Shown: positions 26,859 to 36,467, counted from the first letter of the stretch. The stretch: DNA of 64,000 bases from a bacterium (GCA_029551285.1 JAKPFT010000081.1:18620-82619); one strand, 5' to 3'. The notes: generated by a model from the sequence alone, not told the origin. A program made the numbers and translations.

Positions 26859-28010
26859 ATGACCAGCCGGGAACGGATCAGTCGGGTACTTTCGGGCTTG
26901 TTACCTGACCGGGTCCCTGTTTCTCTTTATCGGCTTGACCCTTTTGAAAACAACAGTTTCTGGGCTCAACATCCCAGCTGTCGTCGTCTTCTGGAAGAAG
27001 CCCGGAAAATCCAGGATACCTTCCACTTTTATCAACCCCGGACAGGCTTTTTCTTTTCCGCGCCGGAAGCCGTGCCACTGAAAGTCGTGGAAAACCAGGA
27101 TACACCCATTTCCCGGACGATTGCCCTGACTGTGGAGACAAGCCTTGGTCCCCTGACCAGGATTGCCCGGCGGACTACTGTCAGCAGTATTGAATGGGTC
27201 CAGAAACCCTGGATTGAGAAAACCTCGGACATAGAGAAATTTCTCAGCCTGCCCTATACACCCTATCTTCCTGACCTCAGCGACTTCTTCCAGCAGCAAC
27301 AACAATTAGGGGAGAAGGGAATGATGGTGGTCAGACTGCCTGACCCCCTGGGAGTGGTGGGAACTCTTTTTGCTCCAGGAGACCTGGCCAGGTTCGCCCT
27401 GGAATATCCCCAGATGGTCAACCGGCTTCTGGACCATGTCCAGGAAAGGTTGCTACCACTTTACACCTACCTTGGCTCCCACCTGGATAATGCCATTGTC
27501 AGAATCCGCGGTTCTGAGTATGTGACGCCGCCGGCTCTGCCCCGAGAGTATTTCCGGGACATAAAAGGTATTTTCAACGATTATGTTGTCCGGTACGACC
27601 GGGTTCTGATAGAGGCCTTACGCCGGGGAGGTCGCCGGCTGCATCTTTGCTTCCACTGGCACGAGTTTGTGGAACCCCTGGTGCCGCTGATTGTTAGACT
27701 GCAACCGGATATTGTTGAACCTATGGCCAATACCCAGGAACTTCCCAACGTCATCCTGCGCAGCCGCCGAACCTTTGGAGAAAATATGGTGATCATGGGC
27801 GGGCTGGCAGCAGAGGAATTGGAGTTTGGCGAGCCGGCTGACATTGAACAACGGGTGAAAGACGCTCTTTTGCAGGGAGGGAGAAGAGGTCGGTTTGTTT
27901 TAATCACCTGCGGGTTGCCCACTTCCGTTCCCCTGGCACCCAATATTGAACAGAACTATCTAACCTTCCTTGAAGCCGGCCAGAGGTTCGGAACCTATCC
28001 CCTGCGCTGA
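26859..28010 (+). CDS. uroporphyrinogen decarboxylase (URO-D) family protein, MtaA/CmuA-like
   Basis: N-terminal ERISRVLSGLLPDRVPVSL is the typical URO-D/MtaA start. Paralog of 61470..62609. Confidence 0.6.
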   Translation: MTSRERISRVLSGLLPDRVPVSLYRLDPFENNSFWAQHPSCRRLLEEARKIQDTFHFYQPRTGFFFSAPEAVPLKVVENQDTPISRTIALTVETSLGPLTRIARRTTVSSIEWVQKPWIEKTSDIEKFLSLPYTPYLPDLSDFFQQQQQLGEKGMMVVRLPDPLGVVGTLFAPGDLARFALEYPQMVNRLLDHVQERLLPLYTYLGSHLDNAIVRIRGSEYVTPPALPREYFRDIKGIFNDYVVRYDRVLIEALRRGGRRLHLCFHWHEFVEPLVPLIVRLQPDIVEPMANTQELPNVILRSRRTFGENMVIMGGLAAEELEFGEPADIEQRVKDALLQGGRRGRFVLITCGLPTSVPLAPNIEQNYLTFLEAGQRFGTYPLR

Positions 28011-28057
28011 AAAACTCATCTTTTGCGCCAGGTACCTCAAAACGTTAAAATAGTCTC

Positions 28058-29149
28058 ATGTGGAAACTGCTCTGTCTGGCCACCCTGATTATCTCAGCCG
28101 GCCTTTCCTATCTTCTGGTCTTCCTCTGCCAGCGAATGGCCTGGCTCTTGGGTATCGTTGACTACCCGGCTGCCCGCAAAGTCCATCAGCAACCCACGCC
28201 ACTTTTGGGCGGGCTGGCCATCTATTTCTCTTTCGCCCTCACCATTTCCGGGGCCCTGGCTCTGGTCGCTGCCCACCGTGTTCCGGGTATAGTTCAACCG
28301 TATATCCCGGGAATTTTGCGGGTAACCGGAAAACTGTCTGCGGTGCTGGCCGGCGGCTTGCTGGTTGTGGCTTTCGGCCTGATTGATGATGTCCTCGGAT
28401 TGAAACCCTGGCAGAAACTCTCCCTTCAAATCCTGAGCAGTCTGATTATTTTTGCCGCTGGTATCCGGATTTCCATGCTGGTGGAGAATCCTGCGTGGCA
28501 GGCCGTCCTCACCGTGGCCTGGCTGGTGGTGATGATGAACAGTTTCAATCTTCTGGACAACATGGACGGTTTGAGTTCCGGAGTGGCGCTGGTGGCTGGA
28601 ACCGTTCTTTTCCTGGCCGCCCTCGGTCAGGGACAGCTTTTTGTAGCTACTATTCTGGCGGTTTTTCTGGGAAGCGTGGCTGGTTTTTTCTGCCACAATT
28701 TTCCTCCGGCTAAGATTTTTATGGGTGAATGCGGCAGCAGTTTCTTAGGTTATTTTCTCGGTACGGCGGTCGTGCTCTTGACCTTTTACCGGTACGAACA
28801 GAGTCAGACCTTTCTTCCTTTTTTTACCCCTCTGGTCGTCTTTGCCGTTCCCTTCTTTGATACGCTTTCGGTCATCTGGATCCGCAGGCGGAGAAACCTG
28901 CCAATCTTCCAGGCTGACAAGAACCATTTCTCGCATCGTCTGGTAAGTCTGGGAATGACGCCGAAACAGGCTGTTGGCGTCATCTATCTGCTCACTTTCT
29001 GTACCGGGCTGGGGGCTTTGCTGCTGCCGCATCTCGGTTTGCCCGGGGGCGTGCTCATTCTCGTTCAGACCGTGGCTATTTTACTGATTGTCAGTATCCT
29101 GGAAACAACTGGAAGGAAAAACTATGGCGAAACTGATCGTGGCTCTTGA
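28058..29149 (+). CDS. glycosyltransferase family 4 polyprenyl-phosphate sugar-1-phosphate transferase (WecA/MraY family)
   Basis: Multi-TM. Motifs LIDDVLGL and MMNSFNLLDNMDGLSSG (the NxxNxxDGIDGL-type motif). Confidence 0.8.
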   Translation: MWKLLCLATLIISAGLSYLLVFLCQRMAWLLGIVDYPAARKVHQQPTPLLGGLAIYFSFALTISGALALVAAHRVPGIVQPYIPGILRVTGKLSAVLAGGLLVVAFGLIDDVLGLKPWQKLSLQILSSLIIFAAGIRISMLVENPAWQAVLTVAWLVVMMNSFNLLDNMDGLSSGVALVAGTVLFLAALGQGQLFVATILAVFLGSVAGFFCHNFPPAKIFMGECGSSFLGYFLGTAVVLLTFYRYEQSQTFLPFFTPLVVFAVPFFDTLSVIWIRRRRNLPIFQADKNHFSHRLVSLGMTPKQAVGVIYLLTFCTGLGALLLPHLGLPGGVLILVQTVAILLIVSILETTGRKNYGETDRGS

Positions 29150-29828
29150 CCTGCCTCACCCGCCGGCCATCTGGCAACTGGTGGAAAACCTGGCCGAGTT
29201 AGTTGAATACTACAAGGTGGGTCCGGTTCCCTTCACGGTTGGTGGCGTCTCGTTAGTGGAGCAGTTGCGCCGGAAAGGGAAACGAGTTTTCTTGGACCTG
29301 AAGTTTTTTGATATTCCCCATGTTGTCGGGGAAACGGTGCAGCGGCTCTGTCAGTCAGGAGTTGACCTGATAACCGTGCATCTTCTGGGTGGCCGCCGGA
29401 TGGCTGAAGCCGCCCTTGAGGCTAAAATTAAAAGCGGCTCACCAGCAGCCCTGTTAGGTGTGACCGTGCTGACATCCATGACCGAAGATGACTGGAGGCC
29501 GCTGGGGGTGAAAACGGATTTGAAGCAGATGGTGAAAAACCTGGCCTGCCTGGGCCGGGAATGGGGACTGGACGGAGTGGTATGCTCCCCGGAGGAAGCT
29601 GGTTTTCTCAGAAACCTGTGTCCTTCCCCGTTCCTGCTGGTCTGCCCCGGAATCAGGTGGTCAGCCGCGACTGATGACCAGAAACGGGTGGCCTCTCCTG
29701 GTCTGGCCGCGGCGCAAGGAGCTGATTTTCTGGTGGTGGGCCGACCGGTATACCAGGCACCGGACCCGGTCAGGATTGTCACCGAGATTCTCAAGGAGAT
29801 ACAGCGTGGAGAGAAGGGCCTGGCTTGA
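29124..29828 (+). CDS. pyrF: orotidine 5'-phosphate decarboxylase
   Basis: KLIVALDLP and FLDLKFFDIPHVV (DxKxxDIP). Short bacterial PyrF. Confidence 0.8.
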   Translation: MAKLIVALDLPHPPAIWQLVENLAELVEYYKVGPVPFTVGGVSLVEQLRRKGKRVFLDLKFFDIPHVVGETVQRLCQSGVDLITVHLLGGRRMAEAALEAKIKSGSPAALLGVTVLTSMTEDDWRPLGVKTDLKQMVKNLACLGREWGLDGVVCSPEEAGFLRNLCPSPFLLVCPGIRWSAATDDQKRVASPGLAAAQGADFLVVGRPVYQAPDPVRIVTEILKEIQRGEKGLA

Positions 29829-30927
29829 GATTTCCCTGAAAACCTGTCTGGACAACCTTAAGAAAATCAAGCGGTATACCGGGCGCCGGGTAATGGCCTG
29901 CGTCAAGGCCAGCTGTTATGGTCTGGGCCTTCAACCTCTCGCCGGCGTCCTGGCAGAGGCCGCCGACTGGTTCGGTGTCGCCACGGTGGCTGAAGCCCTG
30001 AAACTGAGAGAAACCGGCGTCGCCAAACCTATTCTGGTTCTGGGTCCAGTCCTGCCGGCAGAAGTGGAACCAGCCCTTAAGAAAGGAATTACTCTGACGC
30101 TATTTACCAGACCGATGCTTAAAGAAATCTCAAAGAAGGCACTCCGGCTGGGAAAGCCTGCCACGGTCCATGTGAAGGTGGATACCGGGATGGGACGGAT
30201 TGGTGTCAGGCCTGATAAAACAGCTGACTTTTTGACGCAAGTCAGCCAGACAGCCGGAGTTCACCTTCAGGGCCTTTTCACCCATCTGGCGACGGCGGAA
30301 AGCGCTGATAAGTCTTATGCTCGCTACCAGTTGCAGCAATTTCATCAGGTACTTAAAACACCGGTGGCTTCCTCCATTGCCCTCAAGCATGTGGCCAACT
30401 CGGCCGGCGTGCTTAACCTGCCGGAAGCCTGGCGTCCCTTTGACCTGGTGCGGGTTGGGTTATTACTTTACGGAGTCTACCCTGAGGAAAGACTGCGCCA
30501 CGTGTTGCCGCTTCAGTGTGCCCTGGCCGGTTATGCCAGAATTGTTTTTGTGAAAACTGTCCCTGCCGGAAGCCGCCTCAGTTACGGGGCTACCTACACC
30601 GCTGAAAGAAGGAGCCGCATTGCCACTTTAGGTCTTGGCTATGCCGATGGTTTGCGCCGCGGTCTTTCTAACAGGTTTCACCTCACGGTGCAGGGGCGGC
30701 CGGTACCCATTGTTGGGGCTATCTGCATGGACCAGACACTCATCAATGTCACCGGAGTTCCGGCAAAATGCGGGGATGTGGTCTGCTTCCTGAAAAGGGG
30801 CCATGTGGAGGAGATGGCCAGGGTTCTTCAAACCGCACCCCAGGAAATCCTCTGCGGGCTGGCGGCTCCGCGGCTGGAAAAGGTTTACCGGAATAGTTTT
30901 TGCCTGAAAGAAAAAGAAGTGGTATAA
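29806..30927 (+). CDS. alr: alanine racemase
   Basis: PLP-binding MACVKASCYGLG (AVVKANAYGHG-type). The only in-frame ATG (29674) lies 155 nt inside pyrF, so a GTG start at 29806 (VERRAWLEISL) is proposed. Confidence 0.75.
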   Translation: MERRAWLEISLKTCLDNLKKIKRYTGRRVMACVKASCYGLGLQPLAGVLAEAADWFGVATVAEALKLRETGVAKPILVLGPVLPAEVEPALKKGITLTLFTRPMLKEISKKALRLGKPATVHVKVDTGMGRIGVRPDKTADFLTQVSQTAGVHLQGLFTHLATAESADKSYARYQLQQFHQVLKTPVASSIALKHVANSAGVLNLPEAWRPFDLVRVGLLLYGVYPEERLRHVLPLQCALAGYARIVFVKTVPAGSRLSYGATYTAERRSRIATLGLGYADGLRRGLSNRFHLTVQGRPVPIVGAICMDQTLINVTGVPAKCGDVVCFLKRGHVEEMARVLQTAPQEILCGLAAPRLEKVYRNSFCLKEKEVV

Positions 30928-30928
30928 T
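30923..30928 (+). promoter_or_regulatory. -10-like TATAAT box upstream of the ABC transporter operon
   Basis: ggTATAATtt lies about 28 nt upstream of the ATG at 30956. A GGAGGG RBS follows. Confidence 0.3.
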
Positions 30929-30955
30929 TTCAAGCTACGTTCACCTGGAGGGTTT

Positions 30956-31708
30956 ATGGCACTGATTGAAACGAAGGAACTGACCAAAATTTACGAACTG
31001 GGCTGGAAAAAAAGAGTGGTTGGTCTTAACCGGGTAAATCTTCAGATTGAAGAAGGGGAAATTTTTGGCATTCTGGGTCCAAACGGTTCCGGCAAAACCA
31101 CCTGCCTGAAGTTGTTGCTGGGCGTTCTTTTTCCGACTTCCGGCGAAGCCCTGATTATGGGCAAAGGCCCCCTGGATGTGGAGATGAAAAAGAATGTCGG
31201 GTTTCTGCCGGAGAATCCCTATTACTACGACTATCTCACCGGACCGGAACTTCTTAAGTTTTATGGTCGCCTCTTTGACCTGGCACCGGAGACCATCAGA
31301 AAACGAACCGGAGAGCTGCTGGAACTGGTGGGCTTAAACGACGCTAAAAGATTGGCTCTCCGGCATTACTCCAAGGGAATGCTGGAAAGAATCGGTCTGG
31401 CTGCCAGCCTGATTAATGACCCTAAGATTTTAGTCCTGGATGAGCCCACGACCGGACTGGACCCGATTGGCTGCAAAGAAACCAGAGACCTTTTGCTCCG
31501 GTTGAACCAGGAGGGTAAAACCATCCTTCTTTCCAGCCACTTCCTTTCAGAAGTGGAAAGGGTTTGCAGCCGCATTGCCATTTTCCACCGGGGAAATCTG
31601 ATTGAACTGGGAACCTTAAAAGATTTACTTGTCCAGTATGAGGCCAGCACCCTGGAAGACCTGTTTGTGAAGTCAATTGAAAAGTTTGACCAACAGCATC
31701 CGGCATAG
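30956..31708 (+). CDS. ABC transporter ATP-binding protein
   Basis: Walker A GPNGSGKTT. Signature YSKGMLERIGLA. Walker B ILVLDEPTTGLD. Confidence 0.85.
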   Translation: MALIETKELTKIYELGWKKRVVGLNRVNLQIEEGEIFGILGPNGSGKTTCLKLLLGVLFPTSGEALIMGKGPLDVEMKKNVGFLPENPYYYDYLTGPELLKFYGRLFDLAPETIRKRTGELLELVGLNDAKRLALRHYSKGMLERIGLAASLINDPKILVLDEPTTGLDPIGCKETRDLLLRLNQEGKTILLSSHFLSEVERVCSRIAIFHRGNLIELGTLKDLLVQYEASTLEDLFVKSIEKFDQQHPA

Positions 31709-31742
31709 CCACTGCCTGGCAGCTTGTGAAACAGGAGAAACC

Positions 31743-32507
31743 ATGAAAAAGATATGGGTAATTGCCCAGAATACCTTCCACGAGTCCCTGCGGAAAAGAA
31801 CGCTTTACATTGTCCTGGTCTTCGGTCTGGTGGTCATTGGCGCTTCCAAGTTTTTTTCCTTTCTCACCGCCCAGGAAGAACTGAAAATGATTCAGGATGT
31901 GAGCTTCTCGGCCATTGAATTCTTCGGCGCCCTGATCGCTATCTTTGGAGCCCTGGGAGCCATTTCCTCGGAAATTGAGAAAAGAACCATCTACACGCTG
32001 CTGTCCAAACCCATCACCCGGTATCATTTCGTCATTGGCAAGTTTGTTGGCCAGATTCTCATCCTGCTGGTAAATTTTCTTCTGCTGTGCCTGTTTTTTG
32101 TCGGGCTGCTTCTTTTCAAGAAATCCGTGCCCAACATAGAAATTTTCAAGGCGCTCTTTTTAATCTTCGTGGAGCTGCTTTTAATCAGCTCCATTACCCT
32201 GGCTCTGGCCACCTTTACCAGCGACGCCTTCAACATCATCTTTTCCTTCTTTCTTTACATTGTCGGGCATCTCACCAGTTATGGCCGGCAACTGATTGAG
32301 CGCACCGAAAATATTATTCTGAAAGGGCTGGGCGATATGCTTTACACCATCGTGCCCAATTACGAAAACTTTGCCATCCGGGACAAGGTGGTGGTCGGAG
32401 TGCCGGTGAGCTGGCAGTATGTGGGGAAAACTGTTTCTTACGGATTGATTTACATCGTCATCGCTATTCTGATTGGTATCTACTGTTTCCAGAAGAGGGA
32501 AGTATGA
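31743..32507 (+). CDS. ABC-2 type transporter permease
   Basis: Six predicted TM helices, translationally adjacent to the ATPase gene. Start at MKKIWVIAQNTF. Confidence 0.6.
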   Translation: MKKIWVIAQNTFHESLRKRTLYIVLVFGLVVIGASKFFSFLTAQEELKMIQDVSFSAIEFFGALIAIFGALGAISSEIEKRTIYTLLSKPITRYHFVIGKFVGQILILLVNFLLLCLFFVGLLLFKKSVPNIEIFKALFLIFVELLLISSITLALATFTSDAFNIIFSFFLYIVGHLTSYGRQLIERTENIILKGLGDMLYTIVPNYENFAIRDKVVVGVPVSWQYVGKTVSYGLIYIVIAILIGIYCFQKREV

Positions 32508-33442
32508 AGAAAAACTGGGTGAATCTCTTTGTCGCCTTGCTGCTGTTTATTCCGCTCCGATTTCTGCAGGTAAGCATAGATTACAGCCGGAAACTGGAGG
32601 ATCTGGAAACAGGGCTCCTGTTGCTGCCGGGGCAGGCCGCAGGTAGTTTAGTCCTGAGCGGGTTCAAAGGACTGGCCGCTGATTTGCTCTGGTTGAATGT
32701 GGAGGAATACTGGCACTCAGGACAGCACTACAAAATGCTGCCGTTGCTGGAAGCCGTGGCCTGGCTGCAACCTACCTATGTCACGGTCTGGGCTGTCGGC
32801 GGCTGGCACATGGCTTACAACATCTACGTCCAGGTGGGTCAGGATGAGTCTAAAATCAGCGAAGCCTTCCAGAAACAGCAGGAAACCTGGTCTGCTGGTG
32901 ACCGGGCAAAATACGAGGTCCTGGTGGAAGCCGTCAGAGAAAACAAAGCCATCTTACAACAGCTGGACAAAAAAGGGAAAACCGATGAACTGGTCAAGGA
33001 CTACCTGAGCCGGCTGGAAAAATACCAGGCCAGAATTGCCGCCCTGGAGGAAAAAGAAGCAGATAAGAAACTGGTGGAGACGGTGAAAACCCTTCTGGAG
33101 ATCCCGCGCAACAAAATTTTCTGGTACCGGCAGGGAGTGCAGTTTTTGAAAAAAGGCATCACCTATAATCCTGATAAGTACGACCTTTACTTTGAACTGG
33201 GCTGGACATACTACCACAAGGGGATGGATTATCCCAATGCCGTGAAGTATTTAGAAAAAGCCATTAAACACCCTCACCCTGATTATGTGGACGATGTCCT
33301 GGCCCACGCCTACGAGAAAAACGGTCAGATTGACAGAGCCATCGCTCAGTGGGAATATCTGATAACCAGGGCTCCTTCCTTCCGCAGTATTGCGGAACGA
33401 ATGATTCACGACCTGAAAACAAAGGGTAAAGCCACTCCCTGA
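32504..33442 (+). CDS. secreted TPR-repeat protein
   Basis: N-terminal hydrophobic segment. C-terminal TPR-like helical repeats (YNPDKYDLYFELGWTYYHKG, AVKYLEKAIK, AHAYEKNGQIDRA). Start overlaps the permease stop. Confidence 0.5.
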   Translation: MKKNWVNLFVALLLFIPLRFLQVSIDYSRKLEDLETGLLLLPGQAAGSLVLSGFKGLAADLLWLNVEEYWHSGQHYKMLPLLEAVAWLQPTYVTVWAVGGWHMAYNIYVQVGQDESKISEAFQKQQETWSAGDRAKYEVLVEAVRENKAILQQLDKKGKTDELVKDYLSRLEKYQARIAALEEKEADKKLVETVKTLLEIPRNKIFWYRQGVQFLKKGITYNPDKYDLYFELGWTYYHKGMDYPNAVKYLEKAIKHPHPDYVDDVLAHAYEKNGQIDRAIAQWEYLITRAPSFRSIAERMIHDLKTKGKATP

Positions 33443-33465
33443 AGTTAAGACGTCAACGTTTCACC

Positions 33466-34026
33466 ATGAAGCCGGGGAAAATCTTTGTCTTGTCCGCTCC
33501 TTCCGGGACCGGCAAGACCACCATTGCCCGAAGACTCGTCCAGGAAATACCCGGTTTAGCCCTGAGTGTCTCCCTGACTACCAGAAAGCCGCGACCCGGG
33601 GAAAAAAACGGCCAGGACTACTTTTTTGTTTCCCGGAGGCATTTTCAAAAACTGATTCAGGAAAAGGCTCTGGTTGAATGGGCCTGCGTCTTCGGGAATT
33701 ATTACGGGACACTCCGCTCTTTCGTGGAGGAAAACCTCAGGGCCGGACGGCCGGTGTTACTTAACATTGACACCCGGGGAGGGCTGCAAATTAAAAAAAG
33801 GTTCCCCGGGGCCAGATTAATTGGCTTGCTACCTCCTTCTCTGCGGGAACAGGAAAGGCGCCTGCGCCAGCGAGGAGACCTTGCGGAAGAAGAAATCAGA
33901 AAGAGGCTGGAGGAAGCCCGAAGAGAAAGAAAAACACTGCTGCAGTTTTACCAGGTGAGGTTCGTTAACCGTGACCTGCAAAGTACTGTTGAGAAGATAA
34001 AAAAGTTTATCCTTAGGCATGCCTGA
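33466..34026 (+). CDS. gmk: guanylate kinase
   Basis: P-loop SAPSGTGKTT and the GMP-binding region are typical of Gmk. 186 aa. Confidence 0.85.
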   Translation: MKPGKIFVLSAPSGTGKTTIARRLVQEIPGLALSVSLTTRKPRPGEKNGQDYFFVSRRHFQKLIQEKALVEWACVFGNYYGTLRSFVEENLRAGRPVLLNIDTRGGLQIKKRFPGARLIGLLPPSLREQERRLRQRGDLAEEEIRKRLEEARRERKTLLQFYQVRFVNRDLQSTVEKIKKFILRHA

Positions 34027-34849
34027 ACTACCCCGGGTCAAGCTTGGCCGGTTAGAAGTTTCCAGGTTGCTCATCGGCGGCAACCCATTTTCCGGTATTT
34101 CCCATCAGCATCCTGGACTGGACCAGGAACTGCTGGATTACTACACCACAGAAAACATCAAAAAAGCCTTAGCGCGAGCCCAGCAATCAGGCATTAATGC
34201 CTTTGTCGCCAGGGCCGACCGTCACTTCTTGCGGGTGCTCCGGGAGTGTCACCAGGAAGGAAGAATAAGCATGCACTGGGTCGCCCAGACAGTTCCAGAA
34301 CTGGCTGATTTCCGAAACGGCCTGGCCGCAGCCCTTTCCTGCCCTTACCGGCCAGCCGCCATTTACTTCCACGGTGGTCTGGCTGACAGCCTCTGGCAGG
34401 AAAAAAAGCTGCTCCAGCTTCAAGAATTTCTCCAAATGATCAAAGATACAGGTGTCCTCTGCGGGCTGGCGGCTCACCTTCCGGAAACGATTGAAGAAGC
34501 GGAAAGTCAAGACTGGCCGGTTGATTTCTATCTGACCTGCTTTTATAACCCGGCGGGCCGGGGTAAGAAAGGTCTCACCGTACTGACGGGTTCGGCCGGA
34601 GAGTACTTTGACGAGAAAGACCCCTTCCGCATGGCTCAGGCCATCCAGGCTGTTAAAAAACCCTGTCTGGCGTATAAAGTTCTGGCCGCAGGGCGAAAGT
34701 CTGTTACTCCCGGGCTGCTGAAAGAAGCCTTCCGCTTCGCTTACGCCAGTATCAAACCCGGCGATGCTGTAGTGGTGGGCGTCTTTCAAAAATACCGGGA
34801 CCAGATTGCGGAAGATGTTTCCCTTGTCCGGGAGATTCTTTCTTCCTGA
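34019..34849 (+). CDS. hypothetical protein (possible TIM-barrel fold)
   Basis: 276-aa ORF that overlaps the gmk stop by 8 nt (operon coupling). No confidently recognised motif. Confidence 0.4.
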   Translation: MPELPRVKLGRLEVSRLLIGGNPFSGISHQHPGLDQELLDYYTTENIKKALARAQQSGINAFVARADRHFLRVLRECHQEGRISMHWVAQTVPELADFRNGLAAALSCPYRPAAIYFHGGLADSLWQEKKLLQLQEFLQMIKDTGVLCGLAAHLPETIEEAESQDWPVDFYLTCFYNPAGRGKKGLTVLTGSAGEYFDEKDPFRMAQAIQAVKKPCLAYKVLAAGRKSVTPGLLKEAFRFAYASIKPGDAVVVGVFQKYRDQIAEDVSLVREILSS

Positions 34850-34864
34850 AAACTATCATTATCC

Positions 34865-36070
34865 ATGAACCAGTGGAAAAAAACTCTTTATGTCACCTGG
34901 GCGGCTGAGACTATCTGCCTCATGGGTTTTTCCTTTGCCCTGCCCTTTCTGCCTTACTTTATTCAGGACCTGGGTCTGACGGATAAGGCTTCTGTGGCCC
35001 TGTGGGCTGGTTTCCTTGGAACAGCCACGCCCTTAATGCTGGTCATCTCCGCACCTTTCTGGGGCGTACTGGCTGACCGGTTCGGACGGAAAATCATGCT
35101 GACCAGAGCCATGTTTTCCGGATGCGTTATCCTGGCGCTGATGGCCGTCGTGCGCACCCTTGGTCAACTGCTCATTCTCCGTCTGGTTCAGGGGGTGCTG
35201 ACCGGAACCTTTGTCGCTGCGGTAGCCCTGGTGGCCAGTCAGACACCGGCGGAAAATTCCGGCTACAGCCTGGGTCTGATGCAGACCGCGGTTTATGTGG
35301 GCTCGTCGCTGGGACCGCTGGTGGGCGGTCTGGCTTCTGACGCCTGGGGTTATCGTTACTCCTTCCTGGTTTCCTCCATGATGCTGGGCCTTTCCGGCCT
35401 GATGATTCTGCTGGGAGTAAATGAGAAGTTTATGCCAGGAAAGGAAGAGGAAGTCAGGGCAAGCATCAAAGAAAAAGTAAAGGAAAGCACCCCGCAGTTT
35501 AATTTGATGCTGCTGCTGACGATTCTCTTTATTTTTCAACTTTCCGGGACGATCGTCTCACCGGTGATGCCGCTCTTCATCCAGGAGATGTCCTTATCAC
35601 CTCGTTTTCTGGCTTCAGCCGCCGGCTCTATCCTGGCCACCGCTGGCGTGGCCAGCATCATTTCCGCTGTCGTCGTGGGCCGCCTCGGTGACCGTACCGG
35701 ATACGACAGGATTCTTTTCCCGCTCCTTTTTGCGGCCGGGCTGCTTTACCTGGCCCAGGCTACTTCCCGAACACCTGGCCAGCTTCTTCTCTGGCGGGTG
35801 GGCTATGGACTGGCCGCCGGTGGGATTTTGCCCCTCGTTAATTCTCTGATTAACTTAGCCAGCGAGCGAGAACATCTGGGTAAGACCTTCGGGGTGGTAG
35901 GCAGCATTTCTGCCCTTGGTTCCGGGATGGGTCCGGTGCTGGGCGGGACAATCTCCTCGCTACTGGATGTCCGGGCTCCGTTTCTTTTCAGCGGATTACT
36001 GCTTCTGCTTTCCGGTTTCACCTTCTGGGCGGTAGAGTTTTTCCTGAGAAAGGAAACAGCACGGCGCTGA
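34865..36070 (+). CDS. MFS transporter
   Basis: 12 TM segments. MFS motif A-like GVLADRFGRKIML and a second copy GRLGDRTGYDRIL. Confidence 0.8.
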   Translation: MNQWKKTLYVTWAAETICLMGFSFALPFLPYFIQDLGLTDKASVALWAGFLGTATPLMLVISAPFWGVLADRFGRKIMLTRAMFSGCVILALMAVVRTLGQLLILRLVQGVLTGTFVAAVALVASQTPAENSGYSLGLMQTAVYVGSSLGPLVGGLASDAWGYRYSFLVSSMMLGLSGLMILLGVNEKFMPGKEEEVRASIKEKVKESTPQFNLMLLLTILFIFQLSGTIVSPVMPLFIQEMSLSPRFLASAAGSILATAGVASIISAVVVGRLGDRTGYDRILFPLLFAAGLLYLAQATSRTPGQLLLWRVGYGLAAGGILPLVNSLINLASEREHLGKTFGVVGSISALGSGMGPVLGGTISSLLDVRAPFLFSGLLLLLSGFTFWAVEFFLRKETARR

Positions 36071-36092
36071 CTTTCTGAAAAGGAAACCTCTC

Positions 36093-36446
36093 TCAGAGAT
36101 ATCCCTTTAACTTTTCCTCCAGCATCCTTTCCGGCAGCGCTCCCACCATCTGGTCAATTTTCTGGCCGTTTTTGAAGACTACCAGTGTGGGAATGGAAAG
36201 AATACCAAAATCGTTAGCCAGGCTGTTTTCCTCGTCCACATTCACTTTTCCGAATACCACGGTTCCAGCCAGCTTCTTAGCCAGAGATTCAATCACCGGA
36301 GCCAGCATCCGGCACGGACCACACCAGGGCGCCCAGAAGTCCACCACCAATAAAGGATACTTTTTCACAGCTTCCGGAAAATTTTCTCCGGTCAGGTGCA
36401 GGGGATAATCCGGACTTTCTTCAGAATTTACTTTTTTCTCTTCCAT
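36093..36446 (-). CDS. trxA: thioredoxin
   Basis: WAPWCGPCR active site. Thioredoxin fold length plus a short N-terminal extension. Confidence 0.85.
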   Translation of the reverse strand: MEEKKVNSEESPDYPLHLTGENFPEAVKKYPLLVVDFWAPWCGPCRMLAPVIESLAKKLAGTVVFGKVNVDEENSLANDFGILSIPTLVVFKNGQKIDQMVGALPERMLEEKLKGYL

Positions 36447-36467
36447 CTTCCTCCCTGTCTGTTTTTT

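Noticed and set aside
28094-28696. 200-aa minus-strand ORF, His/Gln/Gly-rich
   Set aside because: It is antisense to the WecA/MraY-family gene. It has low-complexity composition and no start context.
29674-29805. ATG start at 29674 for alanine racemase
   Set aside because: It would overlap pyrF by 155 nt and add a 44-aa Trp/Arg-rich N-terminal extension not seen in Alr. The GTG at 29806 gives a canonical N-terminus.
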